Below, one piece after another: positions 60,917 through 64,000 of a DNA stretch of 64,000 nt. Location: contig QPGO01000055.1 in assembly GCA_008632985.1 (NCBI GenBank), positions 225,100 through 289,099 of the forward strand. The letters run 5' to 3'. Numbering within the stretch: the stretch's first letter is position 1; every line of letters starts with the position of its first letter. The notes below the pieces were generated by a model. It searched no databases and was not told where the DNA came from. It saw nothing but the letters and a program-made list of their open reading frames with translations. The translations under genes were made by a program, and so were the position numbers. This DNA comes from Psammoneis japonica (Eukaryota).

Positions 60917-62870
60917 TTGGATTGTGGATCCACAATCATTGCCTCCATGATTGCTGTCAGTTTCATGGAAAACCAGATCTGAAAGACCAACCCACCAATG
61001 TTTGCGGGGGGTGTCCAATTCATTGCTGCGCAAAAGTTCTTGCTTGAAGTCTGCGGTGCTGCCGGAGCTGTTTGGGAATCTTCTGAAGCTCGGACATTGT
61101 GTCGATCCAACCATGAAATCAACAAGCACAATGAGTCGTGGTGTCTTGTCTTGATGATTGTCATTGGCCTGGTCTTTGCCACTTGGTTTTCAACATGAAC
61201 AGGATTTTCTCCCCATCAAATTGAGTCATCGATGGACGTGGAAACTTCCCTTTCTGCAAAGCTTTTCTTCAAAATTCTTGTTTGAAGTCTGTGGCAGCAC
61301 TGGAGCAATTTGGGGGTGTTCAGAAGCTCTGACCTTGTGGAATGATGCAAATCAACATGATTGGCAAATTGCTGCTGTGGCAGATGGCACCACGTTCTCA
61401 GTCCATTGGAGATCTGTCAAATGCTCGCCTGTTGTCTGCAATTGGCTCCCTTGTGGACCAATCTGATGTTGACTCTCATGACAGTGGTCCATTGTTGCAC
61501 AAAAGCTTGGCACCCAAACTTGTTCTCGAGGCATTGGGGGAAGCCCAGCAGGAGCCATGTGGGGGGGGGTTCTTGGAAGTTGCTTCTTGCTTGCCCTGTG
61601 GCAGACTGCAGCTGATCATGGCGGGTGTTGTCTTCATGGTTTGGTGGCTTTTTCACTTGCCTTTCTTTGTCAAAGAAGATGAATGGAGCTCCACACATGC
61701 TCAGGATGTGATCCAACCACAAGACACAAAAATGAAAGAGGTTCAAAATTTGAAGATGTCGAACCTTGCATGAAAGGAATCATCTCAGTTCCCCCCTTGT
61801 TTCTGTTGGTGTTTGCCTGGCATGGTGCAAGATGCATTCATGCATCTTCCTTGGTGTGTCACTTGTGCATGTTTTTCTGAAGCAGGCTTGGTTTTCGTTC
61901 CTTTCACTTGTCTTTGCCATGTGACTTTTTAGTCACATGGCTGCACCTCAGATGCAGGGGCAGTTGCTGACTTTTTTGCATGCACTTGTCATGATTGCAA
62001 GACCTGTGCACCCCAAGTCTGACATGACCAAGCTGCGCAAGCAGCTCTCAAGAATGAGCAAAGCCATGCTTGCCATGAGAACGAACAAACGTTGTTGTTG
62101 TGCACGTCTGATGAGGCTGATGAGTGCACCCGCTCAACTCACCAAGAGTCATTTTTGACACATTCAACTTTTTTTGGAAGGAATGACACTTGTGATGCAT
62201 TTGGATTTGTCATTGCTGTCATTGATTCAGCTGGCTGGTGCCAAGTTCGAGGCGCATGGAAAATGCCAAAACCTGCGGCGCTTGTGACAGACAGCACCTG
62301 AGTTCTTTTTGTTGGCAGTCGTCAACGGCACTTCAAATGAATCTTTGCAACCAGTTGCTGGCCAGCATCAGAGTGGTGATTGAAGATGTGATGCAATGAC
62401 ATGGCACTGAGGGTTGACAGGCAGCAAACTGCAGATGCGACAAAAAAGCAACTCGGCTCGGCGGTTCTTCAAAAACTGGTGTGACAGAGAACAGAGTGGA
62501 GTTTTTCTTGATTGCCAAGGATCCAGTGCCATCTCCATGGTCCCATTTCCAATGACTGTGTCAGTCAGCGAAACTCTGCTCTTCAACATTTTATGACTCG
62601 TGCTTGATGCCTGCCGCCATCCCGAGTCACTTGCACTTCTTGAGCCACCTTGTCTGGCCACCAGCTGCAGAGGAGAGCATCATGTAGAAGCACCCTCTGG
62701 AGCAGCTGGAGCAGCCACCAGCAGCTGCTGCAGTGCCCTCTTTAGCTAGCTACTCTCTACAAGAACTGCTCTCTAGCTAGAGCAGAGGCTAGCTCCAGCA
62801 GAGAGAGTGGAAACAGCGGCGAAGGTTTGGTCCGCGTCATCGATCGTCGGTCGGTGTTCGAGCTCCTTTA
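60917..62870 (+). pseudogene. Hypermutated duplicate of 57517-59285 (membrane protein gene plus downstream flank)
   Basis: Colinear alignment; TA sites of the first copy read TG/CA; frameshifts present. Confidence 0.92.
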
Positions 62871-63049
62871 TTGCGGCCGATAGCTCGTATGAGTCATTGC
62901 TCTCGGCTCTCGGCCATGAGACTGCGACATTGTGAAGTGCCGCCGCCCCGACCTTATTACATCTCTACAAGTACCACCATTCCCGTTCTCTCGATTGAAT
63001 AAGTACAACTATAGAAGAGGCAGTGCCAACGAGCAACAATTCTTAGACC

Positions 63050-64000
63050 ATGTCTTCAGGGTCATTAAAGCCATCGCAGCTCGCTGCCGTTCATCGCATG
63101 TTGGCCTTCAACGAAAAGAGTATTCAGCCCATGGAGGACGGCGATGATTCGTACAGTCTTCCTCCTGCTGGTTCTTCTCATAATCAATGGAAGATTCTGA
63201 TTTATGACGCTCCATGTCGCAGTATCATCTCACCACTCATGAGCGTATCTCAGCTGAGGCGACGTGGAGTGACTCTTCATCTGCTGCTCGAGAGCGACCG
63301 AGAAGCCATTCCTGATGTACCGGCGGTGTACTTTATTCGACCGACTCGTGAAAATCTGCAGATTGTAGCTAGGGATTGTGCCAAGGGATTATACGAAAAG
63401 GTGCATTTGAACTTTTGTACCAAGCTTGATCGCAGCCTTATGGAAGAATTTGCAAAGCTCGTGGTACAAACGGGATCTCTCGATAAGATTGCGAGTGTGC
63501 ATGATCAGTACTTGGATTATGTTTGTTTGGAAAAGGACCTATTTTCGCTCTACAAGCCCAACTCCTACATTACCATCAATGGATCTAATGCGACAGACGC
63601 AATTATTGAAGACGCCATGAATGAGATCGCCTATGGGCTCTTTAGTGTTGTGGCGACTCTTGGACAGATCCCAATCATTCGTTGCCCAACGGTAAGTTTG
63701 CAGTTTGGTATACCTATCGACGTTTTAAGCCTCTTTTTACCTCATTATCTTTTGTTTTTCCAGGCTGGGGCACCAGAAATGGTGGCTCGTAAGCTGAACC
63801 GCATGATTGCTGAGCATCCTACACTGTTGCGCGGAAAGAACACAGCTGTCCAACATCGACCGCTTTTGGTCATTTTGGATCGTAATTCCGACTTGGTGAC
63901 ACCCTTGCAGCATACCTCTACCTACCAGGCGTTGATTGACGACTTGCTGCAGCATCGTGCGAATCGTGTCGAGTTCTCTGTCAAGGAAGAAGGCAAAAAG
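63050..64000 (+). CDS. SLY1: Sec1/Munc18 family protein Sly1/SCFD1, 5' part (runs off window)
   Basis: MSSGSLKPSQLAAVHRML...WKILIYD...IISPLMSVSQLRRRGVTLHL...IPDVPAVYF; 72-bp intron 63692-63763; RPLLVILDRNSDLVTPLQHTSTYQALIDD. Confidence 0.93.
   Translation, partial: MSSGSLKPSQLAAVHRMLAFNEKSIQPMEDGDDSYSLPPAGSSHNQWKILIYDAPCRSIISPLMSVSQLRRRGVTLHLLLESDREAIPDVPAVYFIRPTRENLQIVARDCAKGLYEKVHLNFCTKLDRSLMEEFAKLVVQTGSLDKIASVHDQYLDYVCLEKDLFSLYKPNSYITINGSNATDAIIEDAMNEIAYGLFSVVATLGQIPIIRCPTVSLQFGIPIDVLSLFLPHYLLFFQAGAPEMVARKLNRMIAEHPTLLRGKNTAVQHRPLLVILDRNSDLVTPLQHTSTYQALIDDLLQHRANRVEFSVKEEGKK

Overview
Eukaryotic nuclear DNA with short GT-AG introns, most likely from a pennate diatom (inferred from two HSF genes, a DUF6824 protein and a CoDi-type Copia). 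Intact genes are TRM5, SERRATE/Ars2, HEATR6-like, SLY1, two HSFs and several secreted or membrane proteins. They alternate with a pogo-like DD35D transposon carrying cargo, a decayed Copia, an apparently endonuclease-less Penelope-like retroelement array (hammerhead motifs, (GA)n tracts), several MITEs and duplicated gene fragments. The main signal is that about half of the window lies in sharply bounded domains where TpA has been almost completely converted to TpG or CpA (A:T->G:C), in addition to CpG decay. Paralog pairs inside the window show the direction site by site (Tyr->Cys/His, TAA/TAG erased). This looks like a repeat- or heterochromatin-directed hypermutation running opposite to fungal RIP. 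The mechanism is inference, a base-calling artefact is not excluded, and all counts were made by eye.
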